64,000 nt of DNA from Coriobacteriia bacterium. Its GTDB lineage: Bacteria; Actinomycetota; Coriobacteriia; Coriobacteriales; Eggerthellaceae. The number at the start of each line of letters is the position of its first letter. Within the stretch, counting starts at the first letter, position 1. The stretch is taken from positions 10,119-74,118 of the forward strand of contig JAUNWR010000002.1 of NCBI GenBank assembly GCA_030540215.1. The letters run 5' to 3'. The notes under the pieces were generated by a model, which saw nothing but the letters and a program-made list of their open reading frames with translations, made no database searches and had not been told where the DNA came from. Shown here in pieces: positions 37,615 through 47,541 of the stretch. A program made the position numbers and the translations under genes.

Positions 37615-38502
37615 ATGGAAATGATGAACGAGCAGTCGGAAACCGCCTGCTTCGGCGTTGACGGAGTCCGATATCGTTACCTGTATATGAAGGAGGACAA
37701 TCCCGCCCGCGGTCGTCGCCGCACCCCGGTGCTGTTCGTGCACGGATTCGCGCAAAACGCGCTGTCCTGGTTCCCCACAAGCCGCACCATCTTCCTTGAA
37801 CGCGACGTGTACGGCATCGACCTCGTCGGCCACGGCGGGTCATCGGTCCCGGTCCATCCGGCGCCGTACAGCTTGACGGCCATGGGCGAGGCGCTCCTTG
37901 CCCTTATCAAGCTGATTCCGGGAAAACCCCTGGTCGTTGCCTATTCAATGGGTGGGCGCGTTGCTCTTTCCGCGTTGCTCGAGGTCGGCCCTGCGGCCTT
38001 CGCAAAGCAAACGAGCGGCTTGCTTCTGGAGAGCGTGGGCATGGGGCCGAAAACGCAGGCGGAGCGCGATGCCGCCATCGAGCGCGATGCCGACATGGCG
38101 CGCCGCCTGCGCGAGACGCCGCTGAAGGACTTCATGACCTATTGGGAGAACCTGCCGCTGTTCGAATCGCAGAAGGCGTTGCCGAGGAAGGTTCGCGCCG
38201 CGGTGCGCGCCAACAGGCTTGCCAACGATCCCGAGGCGCTGGCGAAGTGCGTGGAATGCGCTGGGCAGCATCGCATGCCCTCATATCGCGAGACCACGGC
38301 GGCGCTGCGCGACCTCGGCCTGCGCGGCTACCCGGCCCTCTACCTTGCTGGTGAAAAGGACGTGAAGTACAGCAAGCTCGCTGCCGGCCTGCATGAGGAG
38401 GGCATCGTGAGGACGCGCATCGCGCCGAAGGTGGGGCACAACGTTCACCTGGAGGCCCCCGAGGTTTTCGCTGCCTGCGTGCACAGCGTGGCAACGCGCT
38501 AG
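37615..38502 (+). CDS. menH: SHCHC synthase (alpha/beta hydrolase)
   Basis: VHGF, DLVGHG, YSMGGRVAL, WENLPLFESQ, GEKDVKY, GHNVHLE; in men cluster. Confidence 0.88.
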   Translation: MEMMNEQSETACFGVDGVRYRYLYMKEDNPARGRRRTPVLFVHGFAQNALSWFPTSRTIFLERDVYGIDLVGHGGSSVPVHPAPYSLTAMGEALLALIKLIPGKPLVVAYSMGGRVALSALLEVGPAAFAKQTSGLLLESVGMGPKTQAERDAAIERDADMARRLRETPLKDFMTYWENLPLFESQKALPRKVRAAVRANRLANDPEALAKCVECAGQHRMPSYRETTAALRDLGLRGYPALYLAGEKDVKYSKLAAGLHEEGIVRTRIAPKVGHNVHLEAPEVFAACVHSVATR

Positions 38503-38846
38503 CGGAGCGTCGCCGTCCGCCTGCGCAGCCTGACGTCCTCGGCCCGTTCGCGCTGCGTGGCGGTACGCTAGTGGGACGTCCCCGGTTTGCCCGCGCAACG
38601 TGGCCTCGGGCCGTGGGTCCCCGCGGCCTTATCCGTCAGCCCCCTCTCAATGGTTCGGAAGGCGCTTGCCGCAACCTCTTTCCAAGGCGCTTGCGGCAAG
38701 CGCCCGTTTCGCCCTCTCCGTCCCGTGCCGTGCTCCCGCGCATTGACAATCAACCTCCTGACGTGGTGCGACTTTGCTACAATGCATTCACTGGAAACAA
38801 GCACGCACGAAAGCTCGAATCAACTCGAAACAGAGGCCCGCCGGTT

Positions 38847-40754
38847 ATGGACGACAAAACGCAAGGTACCGAGCAGCACGATCAGCTACCCGATATGTCG
38901 AGGGACGAACTGGAAGCGGAAATGGGCCGCTTGCTCGGCGTCTACCCTGTTGTGCGCTTCCTTGACGAAGACGACATCGATGAAGAGGAATCCTGCCTGC
39001 TGTACGGCGGCGCGTGTGTTTGCATGCGCGGGGTGTGCAAGGACATCCTGCGCAATAGAGGTTCCCGAACGCATAGGGTGCTCATGGGCGATCAGGTCCA
39101 TCGCGCATCGGCTCGGTACGTGAACGTCGATGGCAAGCCGGGTGTGCTCATGTGCGCTCAGCCTGTCGACGCGGTCGCTAGCGGCATGCTTTCCGAGGAG
39201 CTGCTCTATCACGATGCGCTGTCGGGCGCTTACAACCGGCGCTTCTACGAGGATAACCTGCGCAATCAGCACGTGTTCGCCGGCGTGGCGGTTTTGGACT
39301 TGGACGATTTCAAGCTGGTCAACGACACGCTGGGCCATCACGCGGGCGATGTCGCCATCAAAACGGCCGTGAGCGTGCTCAGGAGCTGCATCCGATCGAC
39401 CGATATGCTCGTGCGCTACGGCGGCGACGAGTTCGTGCTGGTCATCCCCGGTATCTCCGCCGACGTCTTCGCGCGCAAGCTGCACGATATGGCGGATAAG
39501 CTGGCCGAAACGCCCGTTTCCGGATACGAGAGCGTCAACCTCACCGTCAGCATCGGCGGCGTGCTGTCCGAGGGGCGCACCGTCGAGGAGGCGGTACGCC
39601 AGGCGGACGGCCTCATGTATAAGGCGAAGGGCCGCAAGAACCTCGTCATCACCGATTCCGACGATCTCGATCCTTACGAGTTCCATAAGCCGTTGCTGCT
39701 GGTGGTGGACGATTCCGAGATGAACCGCGCCATTTTGAGCGAGATGCTCAAGGACCAGTACGAGATCCTCGAGGCGGATTGCGGCGAAGAGGGCATCGCG
39801 TGTCTGGAGCAGCACGGGAGCGGCATCTCCATCGTGCTGCTCGACATCATCATGCCCGGTGCCGACGGCTTCGACGTGCTCTCCTGCATGTCGCGCAACG
39901 GCTGGATCGACGACGTCCCCGTCATCATGATCTCGAGCGAGGATTCCGACGACTCGGTGCTGCGTGCCTACGAGCTGGGTGCTTCCGACTACATCAGCCG
40001 TCCCTTCGACAAGCGCATCGTGCGCCAGCGCGTTAGCAACATCATGCGCCTCTACACCAAGCAGCGGCGCCTGTCCACCATGCTCGCGCAACAGTTCTAC
40101 GAGCGCGAACGCGAAAGCCGCATGCTCGTCGACATCATGGGCGGAGCCATGGAGCTGCGCAACGGCGAAAGCGGCCCGCACGTGCAGCATGTGCGCAAGC
40201 TCACCGAGATGATGCTGGAGCACCTGATGCGCAAAACGGACCGCTACCACATCAGCTCGAGCGATCGCGCCACCATCGCAGCCGCCTCGACGCTGCATGA
40301 CCTGGGGAAGCTGGCCATCCCCGATAGCATCTTGAACAAGCCGGGCAGGTTGACGTCCGGGGAGTTCGAGATCATGAAGACCCACACCACCATCGGCGCA
40401 GACATGCTCGAGGATATGGTGCAGTATCGCGACAGCGCCCTGGTTCGCGCGGCGCGCGATATCTGCCGTTGGCACCACGAGCGTTATGACGGCAGCGGAT
40501 ACCCCGACGGGCTGAAGGGCGAGGAGATTCCCATATCGGCGCAGGTCGTCTCGTTGGTGGACGTGTACGACGCCCTGACCAGCGATCGCGTGTACAAGAA
40601 GGCCTTCCCACATGAGAAGGCCATGCACATGATCTTGAACGGGGAATGCGGCGCGTTCAACCCGCTGCTCATCGATTGCCTCATCGATCTGCAGGACCGT
40701 ATCGTCGCCGAGAAGGACGAGGAAGATCCACCCCCCCCCTATTTCAGTGAATGA
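38847..40754 (+). CDS. Diguanylate cyclase (GGDEF) - receiver - HD-GYP phosphodiesterase
   Basis: DALSGAYNRR, DLDDFKLVNDTLGHHAGD, RSTD I-site, YGGDEF; VVDD..LLDIIMP..SRPF; LHDLGK, HHERYDGSGYP. Confidence 0.92.
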   Translation: MDDKTQGTEQHDQLPDMSRDELEAEMGRLLGVYPVVRFLDEDDIDEEESCLLYGGACVCMRGVCKDILRNRGSRTHRVLMGDQVHRASARYVNVDGKPGVLMCAQPVDAVASGMLSEELLYHDALSGAYNRRFYEDNLRNQHVFAGVAVLDLDDFKLVNDTLGHHAGDVAIKTAVSVLRSCIRSTDMLVRYGGDEFVLVIPGISADVFARKLHDMADKLAETPVSGYESVNLTVSIGGVLSEGRTVEEAVRQADGLMYKAKGRKNLVITDSDDLDPYEFHKPLLLVVDDSEMNRAILSEMLKDQYEILEADCGEEGIACLEQHGSGISIVLLDIIMPGADGFDVLSCMSRNGWIDDVPVIMISSEDSDDSVLRAYELGASDYISRPFDKRIVRQRVSNIMRLYTKQRRLSTMLAQQFYERERESRMLVDIMGGAMELRNGESGPHVQHVRKLTEMMLEHLMRKTDRYHISSSDRATIAAASTLHDLGKLAIPDSILNKPGRLTSGEFEIMKTHTTIGADMLEDMVQYRDSALVRAARDICRWHHERYDGSGYPDGLKGEEIPISAQVVSLVDVYDALTSDRVYKKAFPHEKAMHMILNGECGAFNPLLIDCLIDLQDRIVAEKDEEDPPPPYFSE

Positions 40755-40839
40755 CGAGGGGCGGGAAGGAGCGGGAGCTTGATCGATGGCAGGCGCCCCG
40801 ATGACGAAAACGGGCCGACAAGGAAAGGCGAGATAGGCC

Positions 40840-41196
40840 ATGAGCACGATCGAGAACGCATATAACCAGGTAGGAGCCGATTTCAACGACGTGTTGCGTC
40901 GTTTCACCAGCGAGGAGCTCATCGTGCGATTCGCCGAGAAGTTCCTAGAGGACGGCAGCTTCGAGCAGCTGGGCGAAGCGCTGCGAAGCGGCAACGCGGA
41001 TGCTGCGTTCCTTGCCTCCCATACGCTGAAGGGCATTGCGCAGAACATGGGCTTCATCGGCCTGTACGAGCCGTCGAACGCGCTGACCGAGGAGCTGCGC
41101 TCCAAGCCCGCCGACCTTACGCGGGCAAAGGAGCTGTTCGCGCCCGTGGAGGCCGAGTACGGTAAGACGGCGGAGGCCCTGCGCGCCGCCCTGTAG
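40840..41196 (+). CDS. Hpt (histidine phosphotransfer) domain protein
   Basis: AFLASHTLKGIAQNMG motif; 118 aa. Confidence 0.9.
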   Translation: MSTIENAYNQVGADFNDVLRRFTSEELIVRFAEKFLEDGSFEQLGEALRSGNADAAFLASHTLKGIAQNMGFIGLYEPSNALTEELRSKPADLTRAKELFAPVEAEYGKTAEALRAAL

Positions 41197-41367
41197 CAAA
41201 CAGCGCGGTCTGGCCGCGCAACGGAATGGGGAATCCGTTCAAACGCTCCGTACGATGCGGATATCGTGCGGAGCGTGCTTATGTCGGGCGAATTCGCTAC
41301 CATTGTTACGTACACGTAAAACTTCGCGCAAACCCTTGCGTTTTCGCGTAGCAGCGGAAGGAATCAC

Positions 41368-42207
41368 ATGAGCGACATCCAGTGGCAACCTGGAAAGCAA
41401 TACCGCGAGATCGTCTACGAAACGTACGAGGGCATCGCGAAGATCACCATCAACCGTCCCGCCAGGCGCAACGCCTTCACGCCCCTGACGGTGAACGAGA
41501 TGTACGACGCGTTCTCCGTGGCGCGCGACGACGCCTCCATCGGCGTCATCATCCTCACGGGCGCCAACCACGGCGGCCGTCACGAGGATGAGGCGTTCTG
41601 CAGCGGCGGCGACCAGAAGATCCGCGGCAACGGCGGCTACGTCGGCGAGGACAACATCCCCCGCCTGAACGTGCTCGACCTGCAGCGACTGATCCGTGTG
41701 GTGCCCAAGCCGGTCATCGCCATGGTCAACGGCTACGCCATCGGCGGCGGCCACGTGCTGCACATCCTGTGCGACCTGTCCATCGCCGCGGAAACGGCGA
41801 AGTTCGGCCAGACGGGCCCGAAAGTGGGCAGCTTCGACGCCGGATACGGCGCGGGTTACCTGGCGGCCATGGTCGGCCAGAAGAAGGCGCGCGAGATCTG
41901 GTACCTGTGCCGCCAGTACACGGCGCAGGAGGCGCTCGACATGGGCATGGTCAACAAGGTGGTGCCCTTCGAGCAGCTTGAGGAGGAGACCGTGCAGTGG
42001 GCGCGCGAGATGCTGCAGTTCAGCCCCACGGCGCTGCGCTTCATGAAGGCGTCCTTCAACGCCGCCACCGACGGCCTGGCCGGCCTGCAGCAGTTCGCCG
42101 GCGATGCCACGTTGCTGTACTACACCACCGACGAGGCGAAGGAGGGTCGCGACGCGTTCAAGGAGAAGCGCAAGCCCGACTTCTCCAAGTATCCGAAGTT
42201 CCCGTAA
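41368..42207 (+). CDS. menB: 1,4-dihydroxy-2-naphthoyl-CoA synthase
   Basis: [40 protein letters not shown]. Confidence 0.97.
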   Translation: MSDIQWQPGKQYREIVYETYEGIAKITINRPARRNAFTPLTVNEMYDAFSVARDDASIGVIILTGANHGGRHEDEAFCSGGDQKIRGNGGYVGEDNIPRLNVLDLQRLIRVVPKPVIAMVNGYAIGGGHVLHILCDLSIAAETAKFGQTGPKVGSFDAGYGAGYLAAMVGQKKAREIWYLCRQYTAQEALDMGMVNKVVPFEQLEEETVQWAREMLQFSPTALRFMKASFNAATDGLAGLQQFAGDATLLYYTTDEAKEGRDAFKEKRKPDFSKYPKFP

Positions 42208-42248
42208 GTCGTTTCAGCAGTTCAAGGTAAGGTAGGCGCAGAACCCTC

Positions 42249-45098
42249 ATGATCGGCGTATTCGAAGGCATGGTGCGGCAGAACCCGCAGCGCACGTGCT
42301 TCACGTTTGTCGATAAGGAAGGGAACGTGGAAGCGTTCTCGTACAGGGAAGCCCGCATGATGGCGGCGGGCCTGGCCAGCCTGTTGCGTCGAAGGGGCGT
42401 CGAGCCGGGCGATGCCGTGGTGATCGACCTGCCGAACAACCCGGCCTTCGTCATCATGCTGCTTGCGGCCGCCTACGGCGGGTTCTCGCTCATCACCATG
42501 AACACGCGCCTGACCGATGCCGAGAAGCAGGCGCGCCTGCTCGACCTGCAGCGCTCGCGCGCTGTGAACGTCGCCTACACCGTCGACATGTCGAACGCGG
42601 CACACCTGCTGCAGACCGTGGCCGACGAGGCCACCGGCACTGCCGAGACGGCCTCTCACGGTCGCGGCCATGCGCAGCGCACGGCCTTCGCGGCGCGCAC
42701 CAACATCGCCACCGCCGAGGCTCGCACCACCCGCGCGCTCGGTCGCGCGGGCCACGGTCGCCAGGCGGCGGCGCGCCGCCGCGAGGACGTTGCCCGTCAG
42801 GATGCCGTGGAAAGCGTCATCCATTTCGCCGAACGCGGCGCGCATGTATTCGATCACGGCGCCGTGGCGGTGATCATGTTCACATCCGGCACCACCGGCC
42901 GCTCGAAGGCCGTGCCTCTGACCTGGGACAACCTGTGCGGTTCGGCGGCGGTTTCGAATGCCGCGCTCAACCGCCGCGGCGAGGGTCTGTGGCAGGCGGC
43001 GCTGCCCTTGTACCACGTGGGCGGCCTGCAGATGGTGGTGCGCAGCTTCCTGAACGCGAACCCGTTCATCCTCTACGAGCGCTTCGACGCCCGCCGCGTG
43101 CTGGCCGACGCCGCCCGTCGCGGCGCCACCCATATCTCGGTGGTCGACAAGATGCTGCAGGACATGCTGGCGGCGCCGAACGCCGACCAGCTGCGCCGCT
43201 ACGTGTGCATCCTGCTGGGCGGGGGCCCGCTGAACGCGCAGACGCTCGGCAGCGCCCTGGCCGCGCGTGCCCGCGTGTACGCCAGCTACGGCATGACCGA
43301 GACGTCCAGCAACATCGCGAACTCCCTGGTGCTGCCCGGTTTCACGGGCGGTATGCAGCTGCTTCCCGGCTATGAGGCGCGCATCGTGGACGCCGGCCCC
43401 GACGGGTTCGGCCGCCTTGCCGTGCGCGGCCCCGGGCTGTTCTCCGGCTACCTGAACGCGCGGGCCGCCTACACGGCCGACGGGTTCTTCCTCACCGGCG
43501 ACACGGCGGCGATCGCGCCCGACGGCAAGCTGTACGTCAAGGAGCGCACCGACGATATGTTCATTTCAGGCGGGGAGAACGTTTACCCTGCTGAGATCCG
43601 TGAGAAGCTGCTGCGCGTGCCCGGCGTGGCCGACGCCTACATCTTCGGCGCTCCCGACGAGAAGTGGGGCCGCCGCCCGGTCGGCTTCATCGAGCGCGAT
43701 GCGGCATTCGACCCGCCCAGGCCCCTGTCCGCCTCCGTCGGCACGAGCGTCGCGGGGCAGCGCGGCCGCACCGTTTCCGATCGCATATTCGCCCAGGAGG
43801 CGGCGCGCAGCGTGGCATCCCAGCTGTCGCGCGTGTACCAGCCGAAGCACCTGTTCGTGTTGGATGCGTTCCCGCGCACGGGCATCGGCAAGGTGGACCG
43901 TTCGGCCCTGCGCAAGTTCTACGAGCAGCGCATCGAGGTCAAACGCGTGAACCTATACCGCATCCGCCTGCCGTTCCGCAAGCCGTTCGCCACGGCGAAG
44001 GGGACGCTGTCGTTCCGCGAATCGTTGCTGGTGGAAGTGGTGGACCACGCCGGTCGCACGGGCCTGGGCGAGTGCGCGGCCTTCCCCACCGACTGGTATC
44101 TGCCCGAAACGCTCGACCAGGACCTGCGCATCCTGCAGGAGCAGCTCATCCCCCTGGTGCTGAACACGGTGTTCCTGCACCCCTCAGAGGCCGACGGCCT
44201 GCTGGCAGCGTGCCCGGGCGCCGATGCGCTGCCCATGGCGCGCGGGGCCATCGAGCCGGCGCTGTGGGACCTGTACGGCAAGATCGTCGGCCAGCCGCTG
44301 TGGCGGCTCATCGGCGGGCAGGCGCCCGACGACGGCAGTCCCGCATCGGCGTTGGCGGGTGCCGCCGTGCCCGTGGGCTCGGTGTCCGACACGCTGGCCG
44401 CCGTGCGGCGCTGCGTGAACGATGGGTACACGCGCGTCAAGCTGAAGGTGACGCCGGGCACGGCGCCGTTTTGCGTGCAGGCGGTGCGCGAGGCGTTCCC
44501 CGACCTGGTCATATCGCTGGATGCGAACCAAAGCTTCACCGAGCGCGACCTTGACGTGCTGCGCGGCCTCGACGCGCTGGGGATCGCCTGGATCGAGGAG
44601 CCCCTCGACCCGCGCCGCCCGCCCGCCAACGGCCCGCACGACCTGTTCGCGCGTCTGGCCCAGCTGCAGCGCCGCATCCAGACGCCGGTGTGCCTGGACG
44701 AGTCCATCTTCACCGCAAGCGATTTGGCGAAGGCGCTCAAGCACCAGGAGCTGAAGTGCTACGCGCTCAAGATCGGGAAATTCGGCGGCATCCAGCCTGC
44801 GTTGCAGTTCGTTCGCATGGCGAACGCGCGCGGCATGAGCGTGTGGATGGGCGGCATGTACGACACCGGCATCTCGCGGCGCATGCATGCGGCGTTCCAG
44901 ATGCTGCCCGGCGTGGTCGACGCGGGCGACATCGGCGCCACCTCGCGCTACTTCGACGTCGACGTCACCGATCCGCCGTACACGGTGGAGCGCGGGACGG
45001 TCACGCTCGAGCGGCGAGGCCATGAGCACGGTCTGGGCTGCGCGCTCGATCGATCCGCCTTGTCGCGCGTGCTCATCGACCAGCAAACTTACGAGTAA
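42249..45098 (+). CDS. menE: Fused O-succinylbenzoate-CoA ligase (MenE) and O-succinylbenzoate synthase (MenC)
   Basis: FTSGTTGRSK, SYGMTET, TGD, SGGENVYP (adenylate-forming domain); then KLK, LDAN, IEEP, CLDES, ALKIG (enolase superfamily) in one ORF. Confidence 0.92.
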   Translation: MIGVFEGMVRQNPQRTCFTFVDKEGNVEAFSYREARMMAAGLASLLRRRGVEPGDAVVIDLPNNPAFVIMLLAAAYGGFSLITMNTRLTDAEKQARLLDLQRSRAVNVAYTVDMSNAAHLLQTVADEATGTAETASHGRGHAQRTAFAARTNIATAEARTTRALGRAGHGRQAAARRREDVARQDAVESVIHFAERGAHVFDHGAVAVIMFTSGTTGRSKAVPLTWDNLCGSAAVSNAALNRRGEGLWQAALPLYHVGGLQMVVRSFLNANPFILYERFDARRVLADAARRGATHISVVDKMLQDMLAAPNADQLRRYVCILLGGGPLNAQTLGSALAARARVYASYGMTETSSNIANSLVLPGFTGGMQLLPGYEARIVDAGPDGFGRLAVRGPGLFSGYLNARAAYTADGFFLTGDTAAIAPDGKLYVKERTDDMFISGGENVYPAEIREKLLRVPGVADAYIFGAPDEKWGRRPVGFIERDAAFDPPRPLSASVGTSVAGQRGRTVSDRIFAQEAARSVASQLSRVYQPKHLFVLDAFPRTGIGKVDRSALRKFYEQRIEVKRVNLYRIRLPFRKPFATAKGTLSFRESLLVEVVDHAGRTGLGECAAFPTDWYLPETLDQDLRILQEQLIPLVLNTVFLHPSEADGLLAACPGADALPMARGAIEPALWDLYGKIVGQPLWRLIGGQAPDDGSPASALAGAAVPVGSVSDTLAAVRRCVNDGYTRVKLKVTPGTAPFCVQAVREAFPDLVISLDANQSFTERDLDVLRGLDALGIAWIEEPLDPRRPPANGPHDLFARLAQLQRRIQTPVCLDESIFTASDLAKALKHQELKCYALKIGKFGGIQPALQFVRMANARGMSVWMGGMYDTGISRRMHAAFQMLPGVVDAGDIGATSRYFDVDVTDPPYTVERGTVTLERRGHEHGLGCALDRSALSRVLIDQQTYE

Positions 45099-45396
45099 CC
45101 GCCGCCGTTCCGGCGGCGCCGCGGCGGCCCGAGGCATCGTTCCCTCGGGCCGCCCCTGTTTCGGCGCGCTGTTGTCCGGCCTGGCCGTTGCGGCGTCGTT
45201 GCACCTGGGCCGTGCGATTCCGGCGCGCTTCGCCCCCTTCGGGCCGCTGCGTTCACGACGTATAGCGTCTCTCAAAACCGCGCATACACCCCTAGGCATT
45301 ATTCATTTGCATCGGAAAATATCCTATACGAATCCTTTACATAGCCCTGTGTGGGGTATAGTGGTGAGAACTATTTACTCTGACGAGGAGGGTTCG

Positions 45397-46917
45397 ATGA
45401 ACAACGCTAACGAAGCGGCAGGCGCTTCTATGGCCGCTTCCGGCACGGTGACAACCGCATCCGGCGCGCTGCATGATCTGGAACATCACGGCAAGCTGGG
45501 CATTTTCCGTCTAGTAGCGTCGGTCATCACGCTGATCCTCGGCGCCGGCGTGTTCACGCTGTCCGGCGATCAGGCCGCCCATGGCGCCAGTGGTGCCGCC
45601 ATCCTGACGGCCTGGGGTATCTCGGCCGTGGGCGTGCTGTGCCTGGTCATGACGTTTTTCGCGCTGTCGCGCCTTAAGCCCCAGCTCAAGGGCGGCATCT
45701 ACAGCTACGCGGCCGCTGGCTTCGGCGACTTCCTGGGCTTCAACAGCGCGTGGGGCTATTGGATTTCCGCCATCCTGTGCACCGTCAGCTTCTCCGCGCT
45801 CCTGTGCGGCGCCCTGTCATATTTCTTCCCCGTCTTCGGCACGGGTAACAACCTGGCCTCCGTCATCGTGGCCAGCTGCATCATCTGGTTCTACGCGTTC
45901 CTGGTTAGCCGCGGCGTGAAGGAGGCGGCGGGCGTCAACCTGATCATCACCATCAGCAAGTTCGTCCCCATCTTCGTCGCGCTCACCGCCATCATCTTCT
46001 TCCAGAAGTTCGACGTGAACATCTTCATGGAGAACATGGCGCACGGCTCGGTGGAGGGCATGTCGTTCTTCGAGCAGGTCAGCGGCACCATGATGGTCAC
46101 CATCTGGGTGTTCCTCGGCATCGAGGGCGCCGTGGCCATCTCTGGCCGCGCCAAGAAGGACAGCGACGTGGGCAAGGCCACCGTCATCGCCTTCGTCTGC
46201 GTGCTCACCATCTACCTGCTGGTCTCCACCCTGTCCATGGGCGTCATGCCGCTCTCCGAGCTGTCCGAGCTGTCCAACCCGGCGCTCGCCGGCGTCATGG
46301 AGCGCGCCGTCGGCCCGTGGGGCGCCACGCTCATCAACGGCGGCGTGGTCCTGTCCCTGGTCGGCGCCATGCTCGGCTACACCGTGCTCTCCGCCGAGTG
46401 CCCCTACGAGGCGGCCGCCCAGGGCGGTTTTGTGAAGGCGTTCGCCCGTGTGAACAAGAAGGGCGCACCCATCGTCACGCTGGTCGTCACGAACCTGATC
46501 ATCGAGGTGTTCCTCGTCATCATGCTGTTCTCCGAGAGCACGTACCAGTTCTTCTACGCGCTGTCCGCCGGCATGATCTTGCTGCCGTACCTGCTTTCGG
46601 CCGCGTATTTCGCGAAGGTCGCCTTCACCGAGGCTGATTCCTTCAAGGGCAAGCTGGGCGTTCCCGTGCCCGTTTGGCGCGTGTTCGCCGTTCTCGGCGT
46701 CATCTACAGCGTGTTCCTTGCGTGGGCAAGCGGCGCCGTCGGCGTTACACTCATGTCTATCCTGTATGCTCCTGGCATCTTGCTATATATCAAGGGCAAG
46801 AAGGAGCGTAGCCAGCCGTTCTTGGAGAACACGCTCGATCGCGTGGTTGCCGCCGTCATCCTCATCGCGGCCATCGTGTCGATCGGCCTGCTGGTCACGG
46901 GAACGGTTTCCATTTAG
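45397..46917 (+). CDS. Basic amino acid/polyamine antiporter (ArcD-like, APC superfamily)
   Basis: LGAGVF, GGIYSYAAAGFGDFLGFNSAWGYW, WVFLGIEGA, ILLPYLLS; SD GAGGAGG. Confidence 0.9.
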   Translation: MNNANEAAGASMAASGTVTTASGALHDLEHHGKLGIFRLVASVITLILGAGVFTLSGDQAAHGASGAAILTAWGISAVGVLCLVMTFFALSRLKPQLKGGIYSYAAAGFGDFLGFNSAWGYWISAILCTVSFSALLCGALSYFFPVFGTGNNLASVIVASCIIWFYAFLVSRGVKEAAGVNLIITISKFVPIFVALTAIIFFQKFDVNIFMENMAHGSVEGMSFFEQVSGTMMVTIWVFLGIEGAVAISGRAKKDSDVGKATVIAFVCVLTIYLLVSTLSMGVMPLSELSELSNPALAGVMERAVGPWGATLINGGVVLSLVGAMLGYTVLSAECPYEAAAQGGFVKAFARVNKKGAPIVTLVVTNLIIEVFLVIMLFSESTYQFFYALSAGMILLPYLLSAAYFAKVAFTEADSFKGKLGVPVPVWRVFAVLGVIYSVFLAWASGAVGVTLMSILYAPGILLYIKGKKERSQPFLENTLDRVVAAVILIAAIVSIGLLVTGTVSI

Positions 46918-46962
46918 CGCAAGCCGCATGGTATAGGTAGGAATCGGAAGAGGGACAAGACA

Positions 46963-47541
46963 GTGGAACTGCTTGAAGAGCGCATCAGGCGCGACGGTGT
47001 GGTGAAGTCGGAAGGCGTTCTGAAGGTGGACGGCTTTCTGAACCACCAGATGGACATCAACCTGTTCAACGAGATGGGCAAGGAGCTCAAGCGCTTGTTC
47101 GCCGACGCGCCCATCAACAAGATCCTCACCATCGAGGCGTCGGGCATCGGCATCGCCGCCGTGGTGGCGCAGCATTTCAACGTGCCGGTGGTGTTCGCGA
47201 AGAAGAGCCAGTCCATCAACCTTGACGGCGACGTGTACTCCACGAAGATCCAGTCGTTCACGCATCAGCGCATCTACGACGTCATCGTGTCGAAGAAGTT
47301 CCTGACCGCCGACGATCACGTGCTGCTCATCGACGACTTCCTGGCCAACGGCTGCGCCCTGAACGGCCTTATCGACCTGGTCGAGGAAGCTGGCGCCACG
47401 GTCGAGGGCATCGGCATCGCCGTGGAGAAGGGCTTCCAGCCCGGCGGCGACGACCTGCGCCGCCGCGGCTACCACCTGGAGTCGCTGGCCATCGTGCAGT
47501 CCATGAACCCCGAAACCGGTGAGATCGAATTCCGCCGATGA
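46963..47541 (+). CDS. xpt: Xanthine phosphoribosyltransferase
   Basis: [30 protein letters not shown]. Confidence 0.96.
   Translation: MELLEERIRRDGVVKSEGVLKVDGFLNHQMDINLFNEMGKELKRLFADAPINKILTIEASGIGIAAVVAQHFNVPVVFAKKSQSINLDGDVYSTKIQSFTHQRIYDVIVSKKFLTADDHVLLIDDFLANGCALNGLIDLVEEAGATVEGIGIAVEKGFQPGGDDLRRRGYHLESLAIVQSMNPETGEIEFRR

Noticed and set aside
40731-40739. C9 homopolymer at the end of the GGDEF/HD-GYP gene as a phase-variation switch
   Set aside because: It lies after all domains; +/-1 slips change only the last few residues and do not fuse to the Hpt gene.
46918-46962. Purine riboswitch upstream of xpt-pbuX
   Set aside because: Only 45 nt of intergenic sequence and no aptamer consensus.
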